From an uncultured Anaerolineales bacterium (GTDB lineage Bacteria; Chloroflexota; Anaerolineae; UBA1429): a stretch of 64,000 bases of DNA. Numbering within the stretch: the first letter of the stretch is position 1; each line of letters starts with the position of its first letter. Location of the stretch: NCBI GenBank assembly GCA_964407215.1, contig CAYOUT010000006.1, positions 87,437 through 151,436 on the forward strand, given 5' to 3'. This document shows, piece by piece, positions 9,660 to 19,152 of the stretch. A program made the position numbers and the translations under genes. The notes beneath the pieces were generated by a model that saw nothing but the letters and a program-made list of their open reading frames with translations, was not told the origin of the DNA and ran no database searches.

Positions 9660-10511
9660 ATGCTATCGTTGGCTACCGACTATCTCGCGAGCAGCGGCAA
9701 CCCCGGGCCCTACCTGCGGCGCATCGCCGAGGCGGGGTTTTCGCACATCCACTGGTGCCACCAGTGGGACACCGATTTCCTCTACGCGGATTCTGAGGTG
9801 GAGCAGATCGTACGCTGGATGCGCGAGTACGGCCTGGCGCTCACCGATCTGCACGGCTCGCAGGGCCGCGAGAAGGGCTGGGTGGCCGCCGACGAGTACG
9901 CGCGGCTGGCCGGCGTAGAGTTGGTGCTGAACCGGGTGCGCATGGTGGCCCGCCTGGGCGGCGACGTGGTGGTGATGCACCTCCCCAGCGGCCCCGAGGC
10001 CACCGAGGATCCCGAGGGCTCCGCCCTCCACTGGGAGCGGGTTCACCGCACGCTGGACGCTCTGGAGCCGCCGTGCCGCTCCTACGGCGTGCGCATCGCG
10101 CTGGAGAACCTCAACATGCCGCACTTTGCCACCATCCGGCGGGTGCTGGATCGCTACGACGCCGGGTTTGTGGGCGTCTGCTATGATTCGGGCCACGGCA
10201 ATTTGGGCGGCGACGGCCTGGCGGCCCTGGACGGCATGAAGGATCGCCTCATCTCGGTGCACCTGCACGACAACAACGGCGCGGGGGATCAGCACAAGCT
10301 GCCCTTCATGGGCACTATCGATTGGACGCGCCTCGCGGGGATACTCGCTGCGTCGTCGTACGACAAGTGGATCAGCATGGAAGTGTCGATGACCAACAGC
10401 GGCTTTGAGGACGAGGGGGCGTTCCTGCAGCGCGCGGTGGAGGTGGGCAACCGCCTGACCCGCATGGTGTGGGGCACAGGAGGCGCCAGCGCAGGAGGCG
10501 CCGGCGCGTAG
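9660..10511 (+). CDS. sugar phosphate isomerase/epimerase (xylose isomerase-like TIM barrel)
   Basis: AAGGAGG SD. Motifs …IALENLN…, …VCYDSGHGNLGGD…, …LISVHLHDNNG… are typical of the AP-endonuclease-2 / xylose-isomerase-like fold. Confidence 0.85.
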   Translation: MLSLATDYLASSGNPGPYLRRIAEAGFSHIHWCHQWDTDFLYADSEVEQIVRWMREYGLALTDLHGSQGREKGWVAADEYARLAGVELVLNRVRMVARLGGDVVVMHLPSGPEATEDPEGSALHWERVHRTLDALEPPCRSYGVRIALENLNMPHFATIRRVLDRYDAGFVGVCYDSGHGNLGGDGLAALDGMKDRLISVHLHDNNGAGDQHKLPFMGTIDWTRLAGILAASSYDKWISMEVSMTNSGFEDEGAFLQRAVEVGNRLTRMVWGTGGASAGGAGA

Positions 10512-10567
10512 GCCCGCAGCGTGTGGCGGGCGGGGTACGGGCCGCGCCCATGCCCCGCCCGTGTGCG

Positions 10568-11392
10568 TCAGTACAGCGCGCCCTGCCCCAACGGCCCGCT
10601 GGCGTCGCGCGCCGCGCGCACGGCTTTGAGCTCGGCCTCCGCCTCTTTGAGCATGAACCGCACGTCGCTGGCCAGCGCCAGGAACTGGAACCCCTGTGTG
10701 ATCCGCTGGTTCACCTCCTCCGAGGCGAAGCAGTGCTTGCCCACCGGCGTGCCCACCTTGCGGCCCGCCTCCAGCACGCTCATCATGGCCGCCTCGTGCT
10801 CGGTGCCCGGGCCGGTGTCGCTCAGCTCGATCCCCATAGAGAGCGCCAGATCCGTGGGGCCGATAAAGCAGGCGTCCACCCCCTCCACCGAGAGGATCGC
10901 CTCGGCGTTGCGCGCCGCTTCGATGGTCTCGATCATCACCACGCACAGCACGTTGCGGTCCGACCAGGCGCGATAGTCGCCGTCCACGTAGGTGCGCAGG
11001 CGGCTGCCGCCGTAAGAGCGCTCGCCCGCCGTGGCGTAGCGCATGTTGCGCACCGCGTAGGCCGCGTCGTCCGCCGTGTTGATCATGGGGATGATCAGCC
11101 CCATGGCGCCGGCGTCCAGCATACGTTGAATGCTCACCGGGTCGTTGTGGGGGATGCGGGCCATCGGCACCGACCCCGCCAGCTGGATGGCGCGATAGCA
11201 TTCGACGGCGGTCTCGAACCCCACCGGCGAGTGCTGTACATCCACCGCCACCCAATCCCACCCGACGGCGGCCAGGGCCTCGGCCGCTGCGGCGGAGCAG
11301 AGGGTGATCCAGCCCCCCACCGCGGCGCGGCCCTCATCCAGCATCTGCTTTACGGGGTTCGCGGGGATCTTGGTTATGCCCAGGCTTGGCAT
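10568..11392 (-). CDS. HpcH/HpaI family 2-keto-3-deoxy sugar-acid aldolase
   Basis: Start MPSLGITKIPANPVKQM with a GAGGAG SD. HpcH/HpaI aldolase pattern (…VDVQHSP…, …MIETIEAARNAEAIL…GVDACFIGPTDLALSMG…). Confidence 0.85.
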   Translation of the reverse strand: MPSLGITKIPANPVKQMLDEGRAAVGGWITLCSAAAAEALAAVGWDWVAVDVQHSPVGFETAVECYRAIQLAGSVPMARIPHNDPVSIQRMLDAGAMGLIIPMINTADDAAYAVRNMRYATAGERSYGGSRLRTYVDGDYRAWSDRNVLCVVMIETIEAARNAEAILSVEGVDACFIGPTDLALSMGIELSDTGPGTEHEAAMMSVLEAGRKVGTPVGKHCFASEEVNQRITQGFQFLALASDVRFMLKEAEAELKAVRAARDASGPLGQGALY

Positions 11393-11450
11393 GGTTGCTC
11401 CTCTTATGGAATGAGATGGACGGATACGTGCTGGCGCGCGCGGCCCGCGC

Positions 11451-11972
11451 TTACCAGCGGTTGACGTGAACTCGCTCGGCGTCGTACTGTGTGCGGGGCG
11501 GTTTGTCCTCGGCCGGGCGGCCGATGGCGATGTAGGCAAAGGGCACGATCTCTGGCGGGATGCCCAGGATCTCGCGCGCCGAGCGCACGCGCTCCTCCAC
11601 GGGGTGCACCCCACACCACACGGCGCCCAACCCCAAGCCGGTGGCGGCCAGCAGGATGTTCTGGGTGGCGGCCGACAGGTCTTGCACCCAGAACTCTGCG
11701 CTATCCGGGTGGGCCAGCGCGAGTACGCCGCAGGGCACGATGCACAGCGGGGCGCCGGGCAACATCTTGCCGTGGGGGTGCGGCTCGGCCAGCCTGGCGA
11801 GCAGGGCGGGGTCGGTCACCACCACGAACTGCCACGGTTTGCGGTTGCCCGCGGAGGGCGCCGCCATGGCCGCCTGCAGCAGCGTGTCGAGCTGCGCCCG
11901 AGACACCGGCTCGTCGGTGTACTTGCGGATGCTGCGCCGGGCAAAGAGGTTGTCTATCGCAAGGTGTGGCAT
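11451..11972 (-). CDS. nitroreductase family protein
   Basis: Start MPHLAIDNLFARRSIRKY with an AAAGGAG SD. NADH/flavin nitroreductase pattern (RRSIRKY…, …PSAGNRKPWQFVVV…). Confidence 0.8.
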   Translation of the reverse strand: MPHLAIDNLFARRSIRKYTDEPVSRAQLDTLLQAAMAAPSAGNRKPWQFVVVTDPALLARLAEPHPHGKMLPGAPLCIVPCGVLALAHPDSAEFWVQDLSAATQNILLAATGLGLGAVWCGVHPVEERVRSAREILGIPPEIVPFAYIAIGRPAEDKPPRTQYDAERVHVNRW

Positions 11973-12065
11973 ACGGTGCTCCTTTCGTGCGCCATGCTCG
12001 CCCGCTATCCGATGCGGGCTTGGCGCGCCCATCGAGCCGCAGTATAGGCGGCGGCCCCGGGCGCG

Positions 12066-12698
12066 TCAACGCGCTGCGTTACCCCGGCCCTCTTGCGATA
12101 TCTCTTCGTAGGCCTCGCGCAGCCAGGGGTGCACCATTACCAGAGCCTCGCGGTGCTCCCAGATATAGTTCAGCAGGAGCCGGATGGCGTCGTCCAGCGA
12201 GCGGTTGAGCTCTCTCATCACCTCGCGCAGGTAGGGCGGCTCGCCCGAGAGGTCCCATTCGGTCTTGTCCGCCAGAAAGAGCGCCTTGTCGAGCATGGTG
12301 GCGCCCGGCCGCAGGGTGGTGTGGCAGCCGATAGCGGCCAGCACTCCCTCGTCCCGCTCGCCGAACAGCTCGCGCGCGACGACGGCCGAGAGCTTTTGAT
12401 GCAGCAGCACCGGCGCGGCCTCCTCCTCGGGCAAGACGTCCAGCCCCAGAGCCCGCGCTGCCGCCACTCGCTCGTCGTTGGGGATGGGGGCGCTCACGTC
12501 GTGGAGCCACGCCGCCCGGCCCGCGCGGTCGGGGTCGAGCCCCGCCCGCAGCGCGATGCGGCGCGCCTGGGCCGCCACCGCTGCGCTGTGGTCGGCGGTG
12601 GCTCGCTTCCCGTGCATCCGCAGGAACGCGGGCACATCCCGCTCGGGGCTGCCCGTCGGCTGCGTCCCCCGCGCCAGTTGTGCGAGCAGTGGGTGCAT
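12066..12698 (-). CDS. HD-domain phosphohydrolase (YqeK-like)
   Basis: Start MHPLLAQLA with a GAGGGGG SD. HD motif …HSAAVAAQARRIA…AAWLHDV…; about 210 aa, typical of YqeK/HD hydrolases. Confidence 0.65.
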   Translation of the reverse strand: MHPLLAQLARGTQPTGSPERDVPAFLRMHGKRATADHSAAVAAQARRIALRAGLDPDRAGRAAWLHDVSAPIPNDERVAAARALGLDVLPEEEAAPVLLHQKLSAVVARELFGERDEGVLAAIGCHTTLRPGATMLDKALFLADKTEWDLSGEPPYLREVMRELNRSLDDAIRLLLNYIWEHREALVMVHPWLREAYEEISQEGRGNAAR

Positions 12699-12875
12699 AC
12701 GATCCCCCTCGGGCGCGCCCGAGCCCCCGTGCCCGCCTCTGCCCCGCTGCAACCAGTTCGATAGCCGCGACACCCGTACCTCCTTCTCCGAGGTGTGGCC
12801 GCCCCGCCTCTCGCCACCGCCGCACACTCTGGCCCCACCGCACAATATACCGCGAGGGGCCGCCATCCGCCGCGG

Positions 12876-15368
12876 CTAGATCCGCGCCACCATATCGGTC
12901 AAGCTGAACACGCGCACCTCGCCCGGGTCGCCCGAGCAGGTGATGGTGACGGGCACGCCGGGCTCGAGTACGAAATAGTTGTCGCTCAGGTCCACATCGT
13001 TGGCCGGCTCTACCACCACGCCAAAGGCCGGCACGTCGCTGCGCAGCGTGATGCGGTCGCCCTCCACCGTCAGATCGGCGCGGGCCGGCGTCAGGTTCAG
13101 CCCGCGGTACCGGCCGAACAGCAGATAGTTGCGATAGACGGCGCCGCCCGCCTCGAGCTCGACGAACAAGACGGTGTCCAACAACTCGCCGTTGACCTCG
13201 TGCACCCGCGACTCTGCCACCTCGCCCGTGGATTCGTCCACCGGCACCACCCGCGGCACGTAGCCGATCCCCAGCTCCTCCAGGCTGAACACGCGCGCCC
13301 GGACGACGTCGTTAGCGGGGAGCTCGACATCGAAGCGCTGCTCTGCCACTTTGTCGCCCGAGAGGCGGTAGGCGGCGACGCGCGCCGAGCCCTGCACGGT
13401 GTGAAGGAGGTCGTTCACCACGGTGAGGGCCACCCGGCCGCCATCCATGTGCAGCGAGGGGAGCACCGCGTCAAAGAAGCGGCGCGACGCGTACCACAGC
13501 CCCTTCTTGCGGCGGGCGTAATCCAGGCAGGACCAGCTCGCCACCGGCCAGCAGTCGTTGAACTGCCAGTAGAGCGCGCCGGAGGTGCGGAACTTGCGCC
13601 GCCGCCAGTGCTCCACGCCCGTCTTGATGGCGTCGGCCTGGTTGAGCTGCGAGAGGTAGACAAAGCTCTGCAGGTCGGCCGGCAGGCCCATGCGCCCCAC
13701 CATGAAGCGCAAGAGCTTTTCCATCCCCTCGTTCATCTTTTGGTGGGCCAGCATCACGGGGCTCAGGATGGAGAGATCTTGGGGCCCGGCATAAGAGTGC
13801 ACCGTCTTCCAGTTGGGCATGGCCTGGAAGCCGAACTCGCTGATGAACCGGCCCGTGTCGGCCAGGTAGCCCTGGTGGTCGGCCCAGCGGCTCCACACCG
13901 TCCACGAGTGGCGATCGCCCTCCGACATGCCGTTGGGGTCCTCGCCGCCGTAGGGGCTCGAAACCCAGTAGGGGCGCGAGGGGTCGTTCTCCAGCACCAC
14001 CTCGGGGAGGATCTCGCGGTAGATGGTATTGCCGAGGTACTTGGGCGTGCCGTTGTCCCACCAATCGACAAAGCCCCAGTTGTTCTCGTTGTTGCCGCAC
14101 CACAGCACGATAGAGGGGTGGTTGCGCAGAGCCCGCACCACCGTGTCGGCCTCGTCGCGCGCCAGATCCTGGAACCACTCCAACTCGTCGGGGTATTGGG
14201 CGCAGGCGTACATAAAGTCCTGCCACACCATGATCCCCATCTCGTCGCAGGCCTCGTAAAAGGCCGGGTCCTCGTAGATGCCGCCGCCCCAGATGCGCAG
14301 CATGTTCATGTTGGCGTCGCGCGCCAGGCCTATCAGCGCATAGTAATCCTGCGCCGTCAGCCGCGGCAACAGGCTGTCGGCTGGGATCCAGTTGGCGCCT
14401 TTGCAAAAGACGCGCTCGCCGTTGATATCAAAGATAAAGCTGCGCCCCTCGGCGTCGGCCTCTTGGATCACCCGCACGGTGCGAATCCCCGAGCGGAAGC
14501 GCAACTCGTCGAGCGCCTGTTCGCCGCACAGCAGGCGGATGGTGACATCGTAGAGCGGCTGGCCGCCCATGCCGTTGGGCCACCACAGCTGGGGCTGGGT
14601 GATGCGCAGCTGTGTGGCGACGCTGGGGATCCCCTTGCGTACGGCCACGGGCACGCGCTGGCGGGCCACCTCGGCGCCGCCCAGCGCCACGATGACCTCG
14701 GCCTCCAGCGGGTCGGGCACGTAGGCCTCCACCGAGGCGGAGACGCGCACCAGGGCGCCGTCGGCATCCACCGTTTCGGTGTAAAAGAAGGGGTCGTACA
14801 GCTTGCCGGCGTCGATGCGCTCCAGATAAACGGGGCGCCACAGGCCCACCTGGGTGATGCGCGGGCCCCAATCCCACCCGTAAGAGTACTGCGCCTTGCG
14901 CACATAGACGCGGGCCGTCTCGAACACCGATTCCAGCTGGAAGGGGCTGTTGGCCTCGATGCGCTTTGCCGTGGTGATGGGCGAGTCGAAATGCACCTCC
15001 ACGGTGTTCTCGCCCTCCAAGACGAGGTCCGACACGTCGAACCGGTAGGGGATGAACATATTCTCGGCGCGGCCGACGAACTCGCCGTTCAGGTAGACGT
15101 CGGCCAGTGTGTCTATCCCCTCGAACACCAGGTCGAGGCCGGGGGCCTCCAGCGTCTCGGCATCGAGCGAAAAGGTTTTGCGGTAGACCCATTCCTTGGG
15201 CTCGAGGCGATGCATCTCGATCTCGTTCATGCCCACAAAGGGGTCGGGCACCTCGCCCAGCGCGAGGAGGTCGAGCTGCACGCAGCCCGGCACGTTGCCG
15301 TGCTTCCAACCCTCCGCGCCCAACTCTCGGAACTCCCACGCGCCGTCCAGAGATATCCTCTCGTTCAT
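12876..15368 (-). CDS. glycoside hydrolase family 2, beta-mannosidase-like
   Basis: 830 aa. N-terminal sugar-binding domain, GH2 TIM barrel (…WCGNNENNW…, …FISEFGFQAMP…) and C-terminal beta-sandwich domains characteristic of beta-mannosidases and exo-glucosaminidases. Confidence 0.9.
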   Translation of the reverse strand: MNERISLDGAWEFRELGAEGWKHGNVPGCVQLDLLALGEVPDPFVGMNEIEMHRLEPKEWVYRKTFSLDAETLEAPGLDLVFEGIDTLADVYLNGEFVGRAENMFIPYRFDVSDLVLEGENTVEVHFDSPITTAKRIEANSPFQLESVFETARVYVRKAQYSYGWDWGPRITQVGLWRPVYLERIDAGKLYDPFFYTETVDADGALVRVSASVEAYVPDPLEAEVIVALGGAEVARQRVPVAVRKGIPSVATQLRITQPQLWWPNGMGGQPLYDVTIRLLCGEQALDELRFRSGIRTVRVIQEADAEGRSFIFDINGERVFCKGANWIPADSLLPRLTAQDYYALIGLARDANMNMLRIWGGGIYEDPAFYEACDEMGIMVWQDFMYACAQYPDELEWFQDLARDEADTVVRALRNHPSIVLWCGNNENNWGFVDWWDNGTPKYLGNTIYREILPEVVLENDPSRPYWVSSPYGGEDPNGMSEGDRHSWTVWSRWADHQGYLADTGRFISEFGFQAMPNWKTVHSYAGPQDLSILSPVMLAHQKMNEGMEKLLRFMVGRMGLPADLQSFVYLSQLNQADAIKTGVEHWRRRKFRTSGALYWQFNDCWPVASWSCLDYARRKKGLWYASRRFFDAVLPSLHMDGGRVALTVVNDLLHTVQGSARVAAYRLSGDKVAEQRFDVELPANDVVRARVFSLEELGIGYVPRVVPVDESTGEVAESRVHEVNGELLDTVLFVELEAGGAVYRNYLLFGRYRGLNLTPARADLTVEGDRITLRSDVPAFGVVVEPANDVDLSDNYFVLEPGVPVTITCSGDPGEVRVFSLTDMVARI

Positions 15369-15673
15369 GGTTCTCGGCTCTCGCTTTCAACAGGCTGTAC
15401 GGTTTACGCTCTCGTTGCGTGCGACGCCGGCGGGCCAGCTCGCGCCACCGGCCGGCTCACTATATCGCAGCGCGCGCGGGCGGGTCAAGCGGAGCGTTCC
15501 GCGGCGCGCTTGTCGGCATCGGCGCGGGGTGGTAATATTCCTATTATTCCACTGTCAAGGTTCGTGTTCGAGGGCGCGATGCTTTGTTGTCCCCCCGGCC
15601 CGAGCGCCAGGCGCGCCCCCTCGCCCTCGAGGCGCGTCTCGATCAGCCGCTCGGTGTGTAAAAAGAGGCCTCG

Positions 15674-16906
15674 ATGCTGTGTTCGATTGATAATGGTGAC
15701 GTTGTTGTGCGATTGTTGGTGTTGGCCGGCTCGGAAGAGGATGCTGAGCCGTTGTTGAAGGAGATAGAGCGCGCGGGGCTGGAGCTCGCCAGTTGCCGCG
15801 TAGAGACGATAGAGACCCTGCCGGCCGCGCTACAGCAGGGGACGTGGCACCTCGCGCTGCTGGACGAGGGCGCGCCCGGCGGCGTGGACGACGCCCTGCG
15901 CCTGTTGCGGGCGGGCGCCCCCGCACTGCCCGCTGTGGTGGTGGGCGCCAAGCCCAGCGAGGAGGCGGCCGTCCGCGCTCTGCGGGCGGGCGCGCAAGAC
16001 TATGTGAGCCGGCAGCACTTGGAGCGCCTGGGCTCTGTTGTGAGATGCGCCCTGTGCACGGACGAGACAGGGCCGGATGGGGCGCCCTGTGCTGGGCGCG
16101 CGAGATGCGAGCCCAACACGCACAAGATGGAGGCGCTGGCACGTTTGGCGCACGGTGTGGCCCATGATCTGAATAACCTGCTGACCATCATCAAGGGCTA
16201 CTCGGCTATGGCACACGACGCGCTGCCAGAGTATCACCATGCGCGCCGCGATATGGCCGAGGTGATGATGGCGGCGGATCGCGCCACCGCCCTGAGTCGG
16301 CAACTCACGCTGTTGGCATCGCGGCAGCCCCTCGCCCGGCGCGTGTGGGATCTCAACGAGCTGGTGTTGGGCGCACACAAGATGCTCTGCGAGCTAGTGG
16401 GAGGGGGCGAGGATGGGGCCGGCGACGAGCGCGCCATCCACCTGGAGCTCGATCTCTCGCCCGACACACTGCCGGTGGCCGTGGATGCCGCGCAGCTGCG
16501 CCGGGTGTTGGCCTCGCTCGCCCGCAACGCCCGCGACGCCATGCCCGACGGCGGCCAATTGGCCATTCGCACGCGCCGGAGGCGGCCGGACGACAGGCTC
16601 GGTTGTGGGGGCTCCGGTGTGATCCCGGGCGAGCGCGCCCAGTTGGTGGTGCGGGATACGGGCGCCGGCATGAGCGCCGATGTGCTGGAGCACCTGTTCG
16701 AGCCGTACTATACCACCAAGCGGGGCCACGGCTTGGGGCTGGGCCTGGCCGTCGTCTATGGTATTGTGAGGCGGCACGACGGTTGCATCGCGGTGCAGAG
16801 CCTGCCGGGGCTCGGCACCACCATCAGCATCTGCCTGCCACGGGCGCAAGAGGGGGGGCAGGCTCCGCCGCCCGGCTCGCTCCGTACAGAGGGAGGAAGA
16901 TCATGA
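15674..16906 (+). CDS. sensor histidine kinase with N-terminal receiver-like (possibly degenerate REC) domain
   Basis: AAGAGG SD and ATG at 15674. HisKA H-box ([16 protein letters not shown]) and HATPase_c (…[24 protein letters not shown]…[11 protein letters not shown]…). The first ~120 aa resemble a CheY-like fold but the conserved acidic pocket and Lys are not obvious. The stop overlaps the next gene (ATGA). Confidence 0.8.
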   Translation: MLCSIDNGDVVVRLLVLAGSEEDAEPLLKEIERAGLELASCRVETIETLPAALQQGTWHLALLDEGAPGGVDDALRLLRAGAPALPAVVVGAKPSEEAAVRALRAGAQDYVSRQHLERLGSVVRCALCTDETGPDGAPCAGRARCEPNTHKMEALARLAHGVAHDLNNLLTIIKGYSAMAHDALPEYHHARRDMAEVMMAADRATALSRQLTLLASRQPLARRVWDLNELVLGAHKMLCELVGGGEDGAGDERAIHLELDLSPDTLPVAVDAAQLRRVLASLARNARDAMPDGGQLAIRTRRRRPDDRLGCGGSGVIPGERAQLVVRDTGAGMSADVLEHLFEPYYTTKRGHGLGLGLAVVYGIVRRHDGCIAVQSLPGLGTTISICLPRAQEGGQAPPPGSLRTEGGRS

Positions 16907-17817
16907 AGATCGGGTTCGTCAGCGCCATCCTGCCGGATCTCTCGTTGGAACAGGTGTTGGCCTTTGCGGGCCAACAGGGTTTTGCCACAGTGGAGCTGAT
17001 GTGCTGGCCGGTGGGCCGCGCCGAGCGCCGCTACGCCGGCGTGACGCATCTGGATGTGACAGAGGTCGACGAGGCCGGCGCGCGCTATGTGCAGGAGCAG
17101 CTCGTGCAGAGCCGCGTGAGCATCTCGGGCTTGGGCTACTATCCCAACCCGCTCACGCCGGTTCTCGCCGACCGCCAGCGCTTCACCGACCATCTGCGCC
17201 GCGTGATGGACGCCGCCGCTACGCTGGGCGTGGAGGTGGTCAACACGTTTGTGGGGCGCGACCCCGCTCGGCCGGTGGAGGCCCAGTGGGACGATTTTAT
17301 GGAGGTGTGGCCGCCCCTCATCGAGTTCGCCGAGCAGCGCGGCCTAAAGGTGGGGATCGAGAACTGCCCCATGCTGTTTTCGTTGGACGAGTGGCCCGGC
17401 GGGACCAACATGGCCTCCTCGCCGGCCATCTGGCGGCGGATGTTCGAGCTGATCCCCAGCCCCGCTTTTGGCCTCAACTACGACCCGTCGCACATGATCA
17501 TCCAGCACATGGACGAGGTGCGGCCCATTCGCGAGTTCGCCTCGCGCATCGTCCACGTGCACGCCAAAGACCAGCGCATAGACTATGCCCTGCGCGACGA
17601 GGTGGGCGTGTGGGGCCTGGGGTGGTATATCCCCAAGCTGCCCGGCCTGGGCGAGGTGCGTTGGGGCGACTTTTTTGCCGCCCTCACCGACGTGCGCTAC
17701 GAGGGGGCCGTCTGTATCGAGGTGGAGGACCGCGCCTACGAAGACTCGCTCAGCGCCCGCCAGCGCGCGCTGATCCAATCCAAACGGTATCTGGATCAGT
17801 TCCAGGCCTGGGGGTAG
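16903..17817 (+). CDS. sugar phosphate isomerase/epimerase (xylose isomerase-like TIM barrel)
   Basis: Start [10 protein letters not shown] with a GGGAGGAAG SD. The ATG overlaps the TGA of the upstream kinase (ATGA). Motifs …VGIENCPM…, …[11 protein letters not shown]…, …VHVHAKD…. Confidence 0.85.
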   Translation: MKIGFVSAILPDLSLEQVLAFAGQQGFATVELMCWPVGRAERRYAGVTHLDVTEVDEAGARYVQEQLVQSRVSISGLGYYPNPLTPVLADRQRFTDHLRRVMDAAATLGVEVVNTFVGRDPARPVEAQWDDFMEVWPPLIEFAEQRGLKVGIENCPMLFSLDEWPGGTNMASSPAIWRRMFELIPSPAFGLNYDPSHMIIQHMDEVRPIREFASRIVHVHAKDQRIDYALRDEVGVWGLGWYIPKLPGLGEVRWGDFFAALTDVRYEGAVCIEVEDRAYEDSLSARQRALIQSKRYLDQFQAWG

Positions 17818-17847
17818 GGGCGGGGGGGCGCGACGCGATGGTTATGT

Positions 17848-18150
17848 GTAGGGACGCAGGGCCGCGCGTGGCGGTGTGTGTAGGGGCGCAGGGCCGCGCG
17901 TGGCGGTGTGTGTAGGGGCGCACAGCTGTGCGCCCCTACATTCCCACATCGTATCCCCACATCGTGCGCTCCTACATTCCCACATCGTATCCCCACATCG
18001 TGCGCCCCTACATTCCCGCATCGTATCCCCGCATCGCATGCGCCTTGTACATTGCAGCGCAGAGACGCGCCGCCGGGGTTGTGTGCGCGGGGCGCAGGGC
18101 CGCGTGTGGCGGTGTGTGTAGGGGCGCACAGCTGTGCGCCCCTACACGGG
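17848..18150. repeat. REP/BIME-like palindrome array, 5' of the RAYT
   Basis: Two ~32-nt direct repeats (GTAGGG[AG]CGCAGGGCCGCGCGTGGCGGTGTGT), then the full palindrome, then three 36-nt tandem units (TTCCCACATCGTATCCCCACATCGTGCGC[TC]CCTACA), then a second palindrome copy. Confidence 0.7.
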
Positions 18151-18204
18151 TGGATTTACATGGTGCGCTCTTACATGGTGGCTACGCAAAGGCGATATCA
18201 GGCA

Positions 18205-18738
18205 ATGCCCTACGATCCGGACCGGCACCACAGACGCACGTTGCGCCTACAACAGCTCTATAGCCAAACGAACACTTTTTTTGTCACCCTGACGACACAT
18301 GAACGCGTTTGTCTTTTCGGCGAGGTGGTCGGCGGGGCGATAGTGCTGTCGGCGTTCGGAAAGATCGTCGAAGAGGAGTGGCTGAAAACGCCCGAGATCC
18401 GCCCCCAGGCCGTTCTCGACGCGTATGTCATCATGCCGAACCATGCGCACCTCCTCGTGAGACTTTCGGTTCACGCGGATGCGACAGGCGCCGTAGCGGT
18501 CGTCGGCCGCGATGACAGGCCCCTGGTGCGCCCAGCGAGATCGCTGGGCTCTCTCATCGCAGGGTTCAAGGCGGCTTGTACCACGCGCATTAACACGATG
18601 CGCGATACAGCCGGAGCGCGGGTGTGGCAGAGGAACTACTATGAGCGTATCGTACGCAACGAGAGAGAGTTGAACGCTCTCCGATGCTATATCCGGGAGA
18701 ACCCATCCAACTGGGCGGCGGATCCTGACAACGTATGA
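18205..18738 (+). CDS. REP-associated tyrosine transposase (RAYT; IS200-like Y1 HUH transposase)
   Basis: MPYDPDRHHRRTLRL…FFVTLTT…IMPNHAHLLV (HuH motif)…WQRNYYERIV (catalytic Tyr region). In-frame alternative ATGs lie at 18160 and 18175. GC content is visibly lower than the neighbouring genes. Confidence 0.8.
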   Translation: MPYDPDRHHRRTLRLQQLYSQTNTFFVTLTTHERVCLFGEVVGGAIVLSAFGKIVEEEWLKTPEIRPQAVLDAYVIMPNHAHLLVRLSVHADATGAVAVVGRDDRPLVRPARSLGSLIAGFKAACTTRINTMRDTAGARVWQRNYYERIVRNERELNALRCYIRENPSNWAADPDNV

Positions 18739-18788
18739 CGGCACGGCGCCGCCGGGGTTGCGCGCGGGGATGCGACGTGATGATATAT

Positions 18789-19130
18789 GTAGGCATATGT
18801 AGGGGCGCGGAGACGCGGCGTGATGGTGTGTGGTGATATGTGTAGGGGCATATGTAGGGGCGCACAGCTGTGCGCCCCTACATTCCCGCATCACGTGCGC
18901 CCACATCACGCGCTCCCATCGCGTGCGCCTTGTATATTGCAGTGTATCAAAGCGCAGGGGCACACCGTGATGGTGCCGGGACATGTGCAGGGGCGCGGAG
19001 ATGCGACGTGATGGTGTGTGGTGATATGTGTGAGCGCACAGCTGTGCGCCCCTACACCCGCATCGCTACATTCCCGCCCCTACATTTTCGTATCGTGCGC
19101 TCCTACACCGCGTGCATTTATATGGCACCC
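18789..19130. repeat. REP/BIME-like palindrome array, 3' of the RAYT
   Basis: GTAGG half-sites, the full palindrome at ~18854-18881, a module (TGCGCCTTGTATATTGCAG…) similar to one in the 5' array, and a degenerate palindrome at ~19034-19055. Confidence 0.65.
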
Positions 19131-19152
19131 CACCCCGCCACACCTTGCGAGA

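Larger units (their letters stand above)
17848..19130. mobile_element. REPtron: RAYT (REP-associated tyrosine transposase) gene flanked by REP palindrome arrays
   Basis: A Y1 HUH transposase gene sits between two clusters carrying the 28-nt perfect palindrome GTAGGGGCGCACAG·CTGTGCGCCCCTAC. Copies lie at ~17912-17939, 18118-18145 and 18854-18881, with a degenerate copy at ~19034-19055. There are additional half-site repeats and 36-nt tandem units. No tnpB or terminal IRs of IS200/IS605 type are present. Confidence 0.7.

Noticed and set aside
4164-15758. Long antisense ORFs 4164..6359(-), 6879..9527(+), 9663..11261(-), 12795..15758(+) and many 60-400-aa ORFs elsewhere
   Set aside because: Each lies opposite a gene with clear family signatures. 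Their translations are low-complexity (R/A/G/P/H-rich) with no SDs. They are shadow ORFs expected at ~70% GC.
17940-18047. Three 36-nt direct repeats that look superficially CRISPR-like
   Set aside because: They are contiguous with no spacers, have no cas genes, and are embedded in the REP palindrome array. They are part of the REP/BIME cluster, not a CRISPR.
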